DNA of 64,000 bases from positions 82,795 to 146,794 of IMG/VR virus record IMGVR_UViG_3300011242_000003; one strand, 5' to 3'. A model generated the notes under the pieces. That model did not search any database. It worked only from the letters and a program-made list of their open reading frames with translations, and had not been told where the DNA came from. Shown piece by piece: positions 9,662 to 19,900 of this stretch. The translations under genes and the position numbers were made by a program. Source of the DNA: a virus. Taxonomy: Duplodnaviria; Caudoviricetes. Each line of letters begins with the position of its first letter. Position 1 is the first letter of the stretch.

Positions 9662-9901
9662 ATGAAGTATGAAGATTATCCAATAAACTACAAAGTAGAA
9701 GGACATATTGACAACACTATACTATATGAAATAATAAACAAATGCGAAGCAGATAAAGTTGTTCTGACTTCAAAGAGCTATGTAATTCATGGTAGTTTAT
9801 TATATACTTATGAAAAGTTAAAATTATTAGATGTTGAATTTGATGAAACATTAAAAAAACAACCAATGGTATTTACTAAAAAACAATATTCCAATAGGTA
9901 A
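9662..9901 (+). CDS. hypothetical protein
   Basis: RBS GGAGG. Confidence 0.7.
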   Translation: MKYEDYPINYKVEGHIDNTILYEIINKCEADKVVLTSKSYVIHGSLLYTYEKLKLLDVEFDETLKKQPMVFTKKQYSNR

Positions 9902-9953
9902 AATAATATTTAATTATCAATAGCAACCAATTTATTAAAGTGAGGTGATATAA

Positions 9954-10238
9954 ATGGATTATAAAATTCAAGACATTGAATCGGCAGTCTTTAAATATAT
10001 TTCGACTAATGAAAAACTATTGGAGATATCTTATTCAAAGTCAACAAATCTAACCATTGACAGTAGAGTTGAAGATTATATAAGAATGTTAAACCAATTA
10101 TACAATGACACAGGATTATTAATACAATCAGATACAAATTTATATGAAATTAATGAACCAAATTACAAGAATAAAGTTGTGGCAACTGTAGAATGGAACA
10201 ATGAGAGTCAACAATATTATGCTAGATATATACATTAA
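9954..10238 (+). CDS. hypothetical protein
   Basis: RBS GAGGTG. Confidence 0.7.
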   Translation: MDYKIQDIESAVFKYISTNEKLLEISYSKSTNLTIDSRVEDYIRMLNQLYNDTGLLIQSDTNLYEINEPNYKNKVVATVEWNNESQQYYARYIH

Positions 10239-10258
10239 CTTAAATAATCAATTTATTA

Positions 10259-10356
10259 ACAATTTGTACATATGAAAAATGTAGTAAACGAGAGTAAATA
10301 AAAGAAAACAAGAGATAAAAATTAGGGATTTAGATTAAATGGTTAGTTTTAAACGG
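10259..10356 (+). repeat. composite element, copy 1 (ACAATTT-N3-CATATGAAAA, phased AGTAAA repeats, box A)
   Basis: Aligns in register with 35637..35735. Confidence 0.7.
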
Positions 10357-10444
10357 TTATAAATTGTATTAAATGATTCAGAGAAATTATATACAATAAC
10401 ATATAAAATAAAATATTAAATTAAATAAGAGGAGAGATGTTTTA

Positions 10445-11290
10445 ATGGAACAAACAAAAGGATATTTAAGATTAGAAGGTAAAATATGGGGACTGAATAA
10501 CAAAGAACCATTTACTAATTCAGTAAAAAGAAACCTTTCATTTGGAATTCAAAGTAGCAAAACAAATTCTAACTACGTTCAAGTAGGAGATTGGAAAAAT
10601 ACGAAGCTAAATGTAAAGTTAAAATCAAACACAGATGATGAAGTAACTGAATTAAACGAGCAAGATGCAATAGATTTTGTTAAAGATAATTTCAAAGATG
10701 GTGATAGTGTATATCTAAATATTAGGGCTGATGTAGATACATACCATAAGAAATTAAATTGGATAGTAAGTAATATGTATAAAAAAAGCGAAGATATTAA
10801 TTTTGATAGCGATGATTTTGAAGAGGTTAATGAGTTAAATCAAGCTATTATAATAACAGAAAAACCTACAGATGAATCAGTTAAAGTAGGAGTAACAACC
10901 TTTAAAGGAGAAATGGTTGAATTAGAATTATCTTTAGAAGATGATGTTATTAAAAATTATATGACATCTAATGCAAAAGTTGGAGATTTGATGCAGGTAA
11001 CTATAAAAGTTGATAATAGACCAATATACGAAGAAGGTCAATCTAAGAGTACAACAGAAGAAAGAACTACTTTAAAAGGTAGAAAGGTGGGAGGAAATAA
11101 TTCTGGAAACTATAAAAAGATAAAAGATAGAAAGTTAGTAATGGAGTTAGTTGATATTGACGTAGAGAAAACAGAAAGTAAAAAATATACTAGAGATGAA
11201 ATTAGAGAATCTATTAATTCAGCAGAGTTTACACCTAAAACCAATAATACTTCTAATGATGTTAGTGACGAAGAAGATTTACCATTTTAA
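10445..11290 (+). CDS. putative single-stranded DNA-binding protein
   Basis: Acidic tail DEEDLPF; first gene of the replication module. Confidence 0.7.
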   Translation: MEQTKGYLRLEGKIWGLNNKEPFTNSVKRNLSFGIQSSKTNSNYVQVGDWKNTKLNVKLKSNTDDEVTELNEQDAIDFVKDNFKDGDSVYLNIRADVDTYHKKLNWIVSNMYKKSEDINFDSDDFEEVNELNQAIIITEKPTDESVKVGVTTFKGEMVELELSLEDDVIKNYMTSNAKVGDLMQVTIKVDNRPIYEEGQSKSTTEERTTLKGRKVGGNNSGNYKKIKDRKLVMELVDIDVEKTESKKYTRDEIRESINSAEFTPKTNNTSNDVSDEEDLPF

Positions 11291-11347
11291 TCATATTAGA
11301 AGTTGTTATATAAAAAATAAAATTATATTTAAGGAGAGATTTAATTT

Positions 11348-12358
11348 ATGGGATTTCAAAAAGCAAGAAGAGAAGATATTTGGATAAAATCATTAAGCAT
11401 AGCACCTTCAGGAGCAGGTAAGACATACTCAAATCTAAGATTAGCTACAGGTGTTGCAAAGGCTATAAAGGAAGCCACAGGGGAAGAGGCGAGAATAGCA
11501 TTTATAGAAAGTGAATCTAAAAGGTCTACATATTATGCAGATGAGTTTGATTTTGATATGTTAGAAATTAAAGCACCATTCACACCTGAAAAGTACATAG
11601 ACGCAATAGACGAAGCAATAGATGGTGGATATAAAATATTAGTTATAGATTCATTATCTCATGAGTGGAATGGAAAGGGTGGATTATTAGAAGTACATTC
11701 AAATATGCCTGGAAATTCATATACTAACTGGTCTAAGATAACACCTAGACATGAAAAATTCACAGATAAAGTTATTGATTCACCTATACATATATTTGCA
11801 ACCGTAAGAGGAAAGGATAAGTATGTTCTTGAAGAACAAAACGGAAAGCAAGTACCAAGAAAAGTAGGAGTAGGATATCAACAAAGGGATGATTTAGAAT
11901 ATTTATTCACAGTAGCATTTACTTTAGAACAAGATACACATTATTTTAATACTGTTAAAGATAATACACATTTATTTGAAGATAGACATGAGATAATTAC
12001 GGAAAAAGATGGAGAATTGTTATATAAGTGGGCAGTAGGAGGAGATGTGAAAGCTAAGAAGGCAGAGTTAGAAAAAGCCAAAGAAGAAGCAAAAGCTAAA
12101 ATAGCATTAAACGCAGAAGATGAAGCTAAAAAAATGGCTGATGAAGTAGAAAAGAAAAAGAAGAAACAGCAAAATAAATTGTCTTTAGATGAATTAAAAG
12201 CAGACATACTTATTAAATGCAAAGAGTTATCAGACAATGGGAAAAGAAGTGATGTAATATCAACGCTTAAAGAATTAAACTCTAGCCCAAATCCTAATGA
12301 TATAACAAGTAAATCAGTAGCAGAAAAAGTTATAGAAGCGTTTGAAAAATTAGCTTAA
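11348..12358 (+). CDS. AAA-family ATPase (Sak4-like recombinase)
   Basis: Walker A APSGAGKT; Walker B LVIDSLSHEW. Confidence 0.8.
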   Translation: MGFQKARREDIWIKSLSIAPSGAGKTYSNLRLATGVAKAIKEATGEEARIAFIESESKRSTYYADEFDFDMLEIKAPFTPEKYIDAIDEAIDGGYKILVIDSLSHEWNGKGGLLEVHSNMPGNSYTNWSKITPRHEKFTDKVIDSPIHIFATVRGKDKYVLEEQNGKQVPRKVGVGYQQRDDLEYLFTVAFTLEQDTHYFNTVKDNTHLFEDRHEIITEKDGELLYKWAVGGDVKAKKAELEKAKEEAKAKIALNAEDEAKKMADEVEKKKKKQQNKLSLDELKADILIKCKELSDNGKRSDVISTLKELNSSPNPNDITSKSVAEKVIEAFEKLA

Positions 12359-12416
12359 ATTAAAAATAGCCCATGTCTTGTATAGGATGTGGGCTTATAT
12401 TAAAGTAGGTGATAAA

Positions 12417-12866
12417 TTGAAATGTAGATATTCTTATTGTAAACACAACAATGAAGTTAATAAAGAGGATGCTGTAAAAGAAGGTAATTCTTATTATCAT
12501 AAAGATTGTTTAAAAGAAAAGCAATTAAAATCTGAAATAGAGAGTTATTTTCTAAGTAATATGCCCTCTACTACAATGCAGTTACTTAGAAAAGTTATTA
12601 AGCAACTTATACATGAAAAACATTATTCTGCCGAATATGTATTATTTGTATTAAAATATATAAAAAACAATAATAAACCTATAAACAATCCTTTTGGGTT
12701 GATAAATTATTGTGGAGATAACAGAATATATACTTTATTTAATAAACAAGAAATAAATAAGAAATTTAAAGAAATAGATATGGGTACAGAATATATACCA
12801 AAAGAAGAGTCAGAGGTTAAATTTACTTACAAAAATAGCAATAAGAAGATTACAGATATAATATAG
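12417..12866 (+). CDS. zinc-finger protein, possible helicase loader
   Basis: CRYSYC...YYHKDC; TTG start after AGGTG; directly upstream of helicase. Confidence 0.55.
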   Translation: MKCRYSYCKHNNEVNKEDAVKEGNSYYHKDCLKEKQLKSEIESYFLSNMPSTTMQLLRKVIKQLIHEKHYSAEYVLFVLKYIKNNNKPINNPFGLINYCGDNRIYTLFNKQEINKKFKEIDMGTEYIPKEESEVKFTYKNSNKKITDII

Positions 12867-12877
12867 GTGGTGATTTA

Positions 12878-14275
12878 ATGAAGATTAATGATATTAAAAA
12901 ATTTGAAAAGTTATATAAAATAGAATTACCTAGAGACGATATATCTGAAACAGGAGTAATCGGGACAATATTAGTTCATCCAGAATTTATTTATACTACT
13001 GAATATCTTAAACCTAATCAGTTTTATAATAGAGAATTGGCGTGTATATATCATATAATTAACAATCTTATGGGTAAGGGAATTACAGAGATTGATAATT
13101 TTATGATATTGACAGAAATAGAAGGAAATAAAGGATTTAAAAATATTATAAATGAATATGAGGATATATCTAGGGACATATGTGGATGGTTAGATAGTTT
13201 AAGACTTGTATCAAGAAGTGATATTGAGGGTTTTGAATTGTTGGCTAAAAACATTATAACTAACGCTTATAAAAGAGATACATATATAAAATTAACAGAG
13301 ATGTCTAATTCGCTTATTTCAAGCAAAGAAGATATAAACGCTTTAAATTATAATATCCAAACAGAAATCACAAAGTTTGCTGATAGTTACATTATAAATA
13401 CCAATATACAAAAGATAGGAGATAAAGTTGATAAACTATGGGAGTTGATTGAAAGTAGAAGAAATGATTCTGGTTTTGCAGGTCTTCCAAGCAAATTTAA
13501 AGGATTAAACGAATACTTTACTTATGAAAATGGTGAATTAGTAGTAATTGGAGGAAGGGCAAAATCGGGAAAGTCAATGTTTTTTCTAAATGAAGCAATT
13601 CATAAAGTTGACAATGGTGTTCCAACGGCTATATTTGATACGGAGATGAGCGATGAAAGATGGTTAATTAGATTTTTAGCTTTGAAATCAGGAGTTGAAA
13701 TCAAGAAGGTTAAGAATGGAAATTGTACTCTACAAGAATCAAAAGCTATAAAAGAAGCAAAAGAATGGTTAAAAAATAAACCCTTAGTTCATATATACGA
13801 TACAGAGTGGACAAAAGATAAAATATATATGACTGCAAAACAATTAAAACAAAGTATGGGATTGGGTTTTTTGATATATGATTACATAAAAGTTGATGAT
13901 ACAAGTGGAGGAGATACTAAAGAGCATAACGTACTAGGAGATATGACAAATTTTTTAAAAAATAAAGTAGGGGGAGCATTGGATATTCCAGTTTTAGCAG
14001 GGGCTCAAATGAGTCCAAAGGAACAGAGATTAGCAGATAGTGATAAAATAAATAGATATGCTTCAACAATAGCATACTGGATACATAAAACAAAAGAAGA
14101 AATGGTTAATGATGGTGAAAAAGCGGGGAATTGCAAATTATTTATTGATTATAATAGAAATGGAACACAAATGGAGGAAGATGAATATTTAAATTTTGTG
14201 TTTGACGGTAATAAAGCAAGAATTTTTCAAGCTGAGAAATTTTATAATATAGAAGGTGGAAATCTACCATATTAA
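12878..14275 (+). CDS. dnaB: replicative DNA helicase, DnaB-like
   Basis: GGRAKSGKS; FDTEM; LIYDYIK; AGAQM. Confidence 0.85.
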   Translation: MKINDIKKFEKLYKIELPRDDISETGVIGTILVHPEFIYTTEYLKPNQFYNRELACIYHIINNLMGKGITEIDNFMILTEIEGNKGFKNIINEYEDISRDICGWLDSLRLVSRSDIEGFELLAKNIITNAYKRDTYIKLTEMSNSLISSKEDINALNYNIQTEITKFADSYIINTNIQKIGDKVDKLWELIESRRNDSGFAGLPSKFKGLNEYFTYENGELVVIGGRAKSGKSMFFLNEAIHKVDNGVPTAIFDTEMSDERWLIRFLALKSGVEIKKVKNGNCTLQESKAIKEAKEWLKNKPLVHIYDTEWTKDKIYMTAKQLKQSMGLGFLIYDYIKVDDTSGGDTKEHNVLGDMTNFLKNKVGGALDIPVLAGAQMSPKEQRLADSDKINRYASTIAYWIHKTKEEMVNDGEKAGNCKLFIDYNRNGTQMEEDEYLNFVFDGNKARIFQAEKFYNIEGGNLPY

Positions 14276-14293
14276 ATTTAAGGAGGGTGCTGA

Positions 14294-15340
14294 TTGGACA
14301 AAAGTGAATTGAAAATATATTTAAAAGATAATCCAGAATATATAGAAAATGTTTTAGAAAGTATTGGTTGTCATCATATAAAAATAATACCTAATAAAAG
14401 AGTTCAATCAGCCTTAGAAGATGGAGATAATCAAACCTCTGTTCAAGTAAAGTTAAATGATACTTTGTCTACGGTGGTTCATACAAGAAGTGAATTTCAA
14501 AAGTATGAAATTAAAGACATTTTTTCATTGGTACAATTCATAAAAGATTACACATTAGGAGAGGCAATTCAACACATATGTAAGGTTTGTGGTTTAAAAT
14601 ATAGTAACAATGTAAAAAAACAAAACGTCAGCACCTCTTATCAATTTCTTAAAAAATTCAAAAGAAGTTTAAATAAAGAAGCTAGATTAGAAGAGTATGA
14701 GAGTGAAACTAAAATATTAAATGAAAGCTTTAAAGAAAGGTTTATAAGAAATACTTGTAAATTATTTTATGATGATGGTATTTCTGAAAAAACCCAAGAT
14801 AAGTTTGAGGTATCTTTTGACGTATTAGATAATAGAGTTGTATTTCCAATAAGGAATGATGAAGGTGGAATATTAACATTTAAAGGTAGAACTTGTGATA
14901 TAGATTATAAAATCAAAGGCATACCAAAATATATCTCATATTACTCTTATTATGCTGAATTTTATCTATTTGGATTATATGAAAACTATTTTGATATATT
15001 AAATTCAGAAGATGTAATTATTGGAGAGGCTGAAAAGTTTGTAATGCAACTAGATAGCATGGGAATACATAATTCGGTAAGTTTAAGCAAGAAAATAATA
15101 AGTCCTTATCAGCTAAATAAATTATTAAAACTAGGAAAGGATATTGTTTTAGCTTTTGACAAAGGAGTTTCTTTAGAAGATATATATATAGAATGTAGAA
15201 AATTCAAAGGTTTATGTAACGTTTATTATATATATGATTATGATGATTTATTATCAAACAAGCAAAGTCCAACAGATAGGGGTTTTGAAATATTCAATAA
15301 ATTATATACGGAGTATAAATTTAAATATAAAGGAGAATAG
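14294..15340 (+). CDS. DNA primase (TOPRIM)
   Basis: RVVFPIRN...FKGR; IIGEAEK; LAFD. Confidence 0.8.
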   Translation: MDKSELKIYLKDNPEYIENVLESIGCHHIKIIPNKRVQSALEDGDNQTSVQVKLNDTLSTVVHTRSEFQKYEIKDIFSLVQFIKDYTLGEAIQHICKVCGLKYSNNVKKQNVSTSYQFLKKFKRSLNKEARLEEYESETKILNESFKERFIRNTCKLFYDDGISEKTQDKFEVSFDVLDNRVVFPIRNDEGGILTFKGRTCDIDYKIKGIPKYISYYSYYAEFYLFGLYENYFDILNSEDVIIGEAEKFVMQLDSMGIHNSVSLSKKIISPYQLNKLLKLGKDIVLAFDKGVSLEDIYIECRKFKGLCNVYYIYDYDDLLSNKQSPTDRGFEIFNKLYTEYKFKYKGE

Positions 15341-15346
15341 TGAGAT

Positions 15347-16978
15347 ATGAAATATAAATTAATAGGTAGAAATGATTTTTTTATGCCAGTAGAAACGATT
15401 TTAGATAATAGAAGTATATCAAGGGAATTATTTGATTTAGATAAAACGGTAATAGAAGACTATAATAACTATGATAATATGCAAGAAGGTATAAACTTAT
15501 TAATAAGTCATATTAACAATAAGGGTAAAATAGTGATAGTAGGAGATTGTGATGTTGATGGGGCTACAAGTTTTGCAATATTATATAATAGATTAAAAGA
15601 TACATATAAAGATATTGATTTACATTTGAAAATACATAAAGGAAAAGAACACGGTTTGTCTAATGATATTATAATAGAAGATGATGTAAGTTTAGTGATA
15701 GTTATAGATGCAGGTAGTAATGATTATAAACAACATAAACAGTTAAAAGATAGAGGAATTGATGTTTTAGTAATAGACCACCACGAATGTGATAAAGGAT
15801 ATAGTAAACATGCTATAGTTATTAACAATCAACTAAGTAAAAAAGTCTACAATAAAAACCTAAGTGGGGCGGGTGTAGTTTATAAATTCATAAAAGCTTT
15901 AGATGATTATTTATTTGAAAATAAGTCGGAACAATATATTGATTTAGTTGCATTAGGCAACATAGCAGATGTAATGGATTTACATGAAAAGGAGACTAGA
16001 TATTATGTTTATAGGGGAATTGAGGTAATTAACAATACTTTTATAAAGGCATTAGTCGAACAAAACAAATTTGATTTAGAAGATAAATATAATGTTGAAA
16101 AAGTTGGATGGGTTATTGCTCCTAAGTTAAACGGCACAATAAGAAGTGGTACTCAAGAAGAGAAATTAAAAATGTTCCAAGCCTTCGTATCTGATGATTA
16201 CGATTTTTGTTTAGAAACAGCAAAGATGTGTAAAAATATTAAATCGAGACAAGATAATGCCGTTAAATCTGGTATGGCTAAGATTATAAAAGACATAGAA
16301 TTAAATAAAGATGATAAATGTTTAATATTAGAAGTTGGAGATAAGTTAAATCAATCTCATACAGGATTAGTTGCAATGAAGTTGTCAGACAAATATAAAC
16401 TTCCAACACTTCTATATAGAGATATAAAAGATAAAGATGGTTTTGTGGGTGGTAGTTTTAGAGGTGTCGATGGATTTACTGATGATTTAAGAATGGATAT
16501 ATTGAATAGTAATCTGGTGGAATTTTCACAAGGGCATCCACAAGCGGGAGGTTATCAATTAAAAAAACAAAATATACCGAATTTAAAAAGATATCTTGAT
16601 GATTTATATAAAAATATAGAGAATATAGACAACAAAGAATATCGAGTAGATTTTATTTTATCAGAAAATGATATTGATGATTATGTTATAAATCAACTTG
16701 CTAGTTTAGAAAGTGAGTTTGGTAATGGAATAGATGTCCCATTGATTGCTTTTGAAGATATAAAATTAGAATTAAATAAGGATATAAACCTAAAAGGGAA
16801 ATTGAATATAGTATTTTATATAAATGGAGTGAAGTTTATTAAAAAATTCTCAACAAATATATTAAAAGAAAGTTTACTTGATAAAAATGTTACAGTTAAT
16901 TTTATAGGAAAGTGTAGTATGAACACATATAACAATACAGGACAAGTAGAAATAGTAGATATTGAGGTGAAAGAATGA
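15347..16978 (+). CDS. recJ: RecJ-like ssDNA exonuclease (DHH)
   Basis: DCDVDG; IDHH; LGNIADVM; GHPQAGG. Confidence 0.9.
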   Translation: MKYKLIGRNDFFMPVETILDNRSISRELFDLDKTVIEDYNNYDNMQEGINLLISHINNKGKIVIVGDCDVDGATSFAILYNRLKDTYKDIDLHLKIHKGKEHGLSNDIIIEDDVSLVIVIDAGSNDYKQHKQLKDRGIDVLVIDHHECDKGYSKHAIVINNQLSKKVYNKNLSGAGVVYKFIKALDDYLFENKSEQYIDLVALGNIADVMDLHEKETRYYVYRGIEVINNTFIKALVEQNKFDLEDKYNVEKVGWVIAPKLNGTIRSGTQEEKLKMFQAFVSDDYDFCLETAKMCKNIKSRQDNAVKSGMAKIIKDIELNKDDKCLILEVGDKLNQSHTGLVAMKLSDKYKLPTLLYRDIKDKDGFVGGSFRGVDGFTDDLRMDILNSNLVEFSQGHPQAGGYQLKKQNIPNLKRYLDDLYKNIENIDNKEYRVDFILSENDIDDYVINQLASLESEFGNGIDVPLIAFEDIKLELNKDINLKGKLNIVFYINGVKFIKKFSTNILKESLLDKNVTVNFIGKCSMNTYNNTGQVEIVDIEVKE

Positions 16979-19900
16979 TGAGTAATTATAATATATTACA
17001 TCTACATAGCGACTATAGTAATGGAATAACATCAATAGACTCTGTTACGAAATTTGATAAATACATAGAAAAAGCAAAAGAACAAGGTATGACTGCTATA
17101 GCATTTACGGAACATGGATGTATATTTGATTGGTTTAAAAAGAAGCAATATTGTGAAGACTATGGTTTAAAATATATTCATGCGGTTGAAATGTATATAA
17201 CTAAAACATTAAACGAAAAGATAAGAGACAATTATCATTGTTGTATGTATGCTAAGAATTATAAAGGTTTTTTAGAATTAAATGCATTATGCTCAAAAAG
17301 TTTTAATAGAGAGGATGGAAGTTATTACTATTCGCCTAGAATAACCGTTGATGATTTATTAAATACAAGCGAAAATATAATAATAACGTCTGCTTGTTTA
17401 GGAGGTTTCTTTAATTCAAAAGATGATGAGTTAGAAAAGAATATATTAGATTTTATGACAAACAATAAAGAACGTTGTTTTTTAGAAATTCAACATCATC
17501 TAGTACATAGTCAAATTAATTTAAATAAAAAATTATACGATATACATTTGAAAACTGGATTAAGATGTATAACTGGAACTGATACACATTGTTTAAATGA
17601 AAAACATGCAAAAGGGAGAGTTATATTACAAAAGGCTAAAAACATACATTTTGGAGATGAAGATGGTTGGGATTTAACATTTAAAACATACGATGAATTA
17701 CTGGAGTTGTATAAAAAACAAAACATAATACCAATAGAAGAAATAAAAACAGCTTTAAATAATACTATTGTACTATCAGACATGGTCGAAGAATTTAGCA
17801 TTGATAGTAGTTATAAATATCCTAAGCTTTATGAAGATGGATTGAAGGTTTTAAAAAATAAAATAAATGAAGGTATTTTAGAAAAAGGGATAAACAAGTA
17901 TAGCAATTACAAATCTGAATATATACCAAGGATAAAGTATGAATTGGAAACATACATACATAATGGTGCGGTAGACTTTTTATTATTAGATGAGGATATT
18001 AAAAGTTGGGCGAGAGAAAGAGATATATTCCCTGGATATTCGAGAGGTTCTGTTTCTGGAAGTGAAATAGCTTACATTATAGGTATGACGGATATTGATT
18101 CTATAAAACACAAAATGAATTTTGAAAGATTCATGAATGTTGAACGTGTAAGTCTTGCGGACGTTGATACCGATTGGCAACCAAATCACAGAGAATTAGT
18201 TAAAGATTATATATATAACAAAGAAGGACTCTATTGTGCTGATATAGTCACATTTAATACAGTAGCCTTAAAAGGAAGTGTAAGAGACGTTGGCAGAGCT
18301 TTAGAAATACCTTTAGATGAAGTAAATGAAATTTGTTCAAACATTGAAATCAACGAAGAAAAATATAGAAAAAAGTATAAAGAGTTATTTGAGTATGTAG
18401 ACATTATAAATGGAACGATAGTTTCGATAGGGACTCATCCATGCTTTACTGGGGAACAGTTAATATTAACAAATGAGGGTTATAAAGAAATAAAAGATTT
18501 AAATGTGGGAGATGAAGTTTTAACTCATAACAATAATTATAAAAAAGTTGTAGACGTTATGATAAATAAAAGTGATGACATATATGAGGCTAAACCTTGT
18601 GGAACTTTACCTATAAAAGCTACTGGTAACCATCCTTTCTATGTAAGAAAAAGAAAGGATAAAAGGTTGAGAAAATATAAGGATGGTATAGATACAACAA
18701 TAAAAAAATATTCTTCTCCAGTTTGGATGTCTTTAAAAGATATAGAAAAGGGCGACGTTGTAGGTATTCCAATAAACAATAAATCTAAAATAGTTAATAA
18801 TGAGTTTGATTTACCATATAAAAATAAAATGTTATGGTGGATTGTAGGAAGATATTTAGGGGATGGTTGGATTACTGAACTAAACAGATTAGACAAAAGA
18901 AATAATAGAAAATATATTGAAAAACATTTGATAATATGTTGCAACAAAAACAACAACGAAACAAATGACATAGTTGATGTTTTAAAGAACATTGATTTTA
19001 ATTATAGAATAGAAGAAAGGGCAACGGTTAATAGAATATATATAAAAAACAATGATTTGCTAGAATACCTTAAAACGTTTGGTAAATATGCTGATGGTAA
19101 ATTTATACCAAATGAAGTGTTAAATTTACCCAAAGAACTACTTGAAGAATTTTTGAACGGATATTTAAGTGCTGATGGTTATTGTGATGAAGTTAATAGT
19201 ATTTATAGTTTTAAAACTGTAAGTAAAAAGTTAGCATTAGGATTTATAAACTGTATTGCCAAAGTATATAACAGACATTGTAAGGTGCATGTTCAAAAAG
19301 AAGGTAAAGATGTTATAGAAGGAAGAATAGTAAAAAGAAAAGAGAAGTACATTGTTAGTTTTACAAAGGACGTTAGAAAGAAAGAAAGAAGTTTTTGTGA
19401 AGATGGATACATATGGATGCCTCTTAAAAGCATAGAAAGATTAGATGTTAAAGAGAAAACTTATAACTTATCTGTATTAGATGATAATAGCTATACTGTA
19501 AATAATATTGCAGTTCATAATTGCGGTACAATTGTTAGCCCTATACCTCTAGATGATGTCGTTGGATTATGTACAATAAGCACATGTTCTCACCCTGTTT
19601 CTATGCTGAGTATGAAATGTATTGATGCTCAAAACTTTACTAAGCTAGATATACTTGGGTTAGATAATATACAACTAATAAATGAAACTTGTAAGTTGGC
19701 AGGAATAGAAAGATTAGTTCCTAACAATGTTCCTGACGAAGAGGTTGTTTGGAAGTCAATGGCTGATAACAATTTATTAATATTCCAATGGGAATCTGAT
19801 AGTGCGGGTGCGTTTTTAAAGACATTGTTAAGCGATAAAACACTAGAAAGTATAAAAAAAGTAAATCCAAATTTTAGATATGTTGATTTGGTGTCTATGG

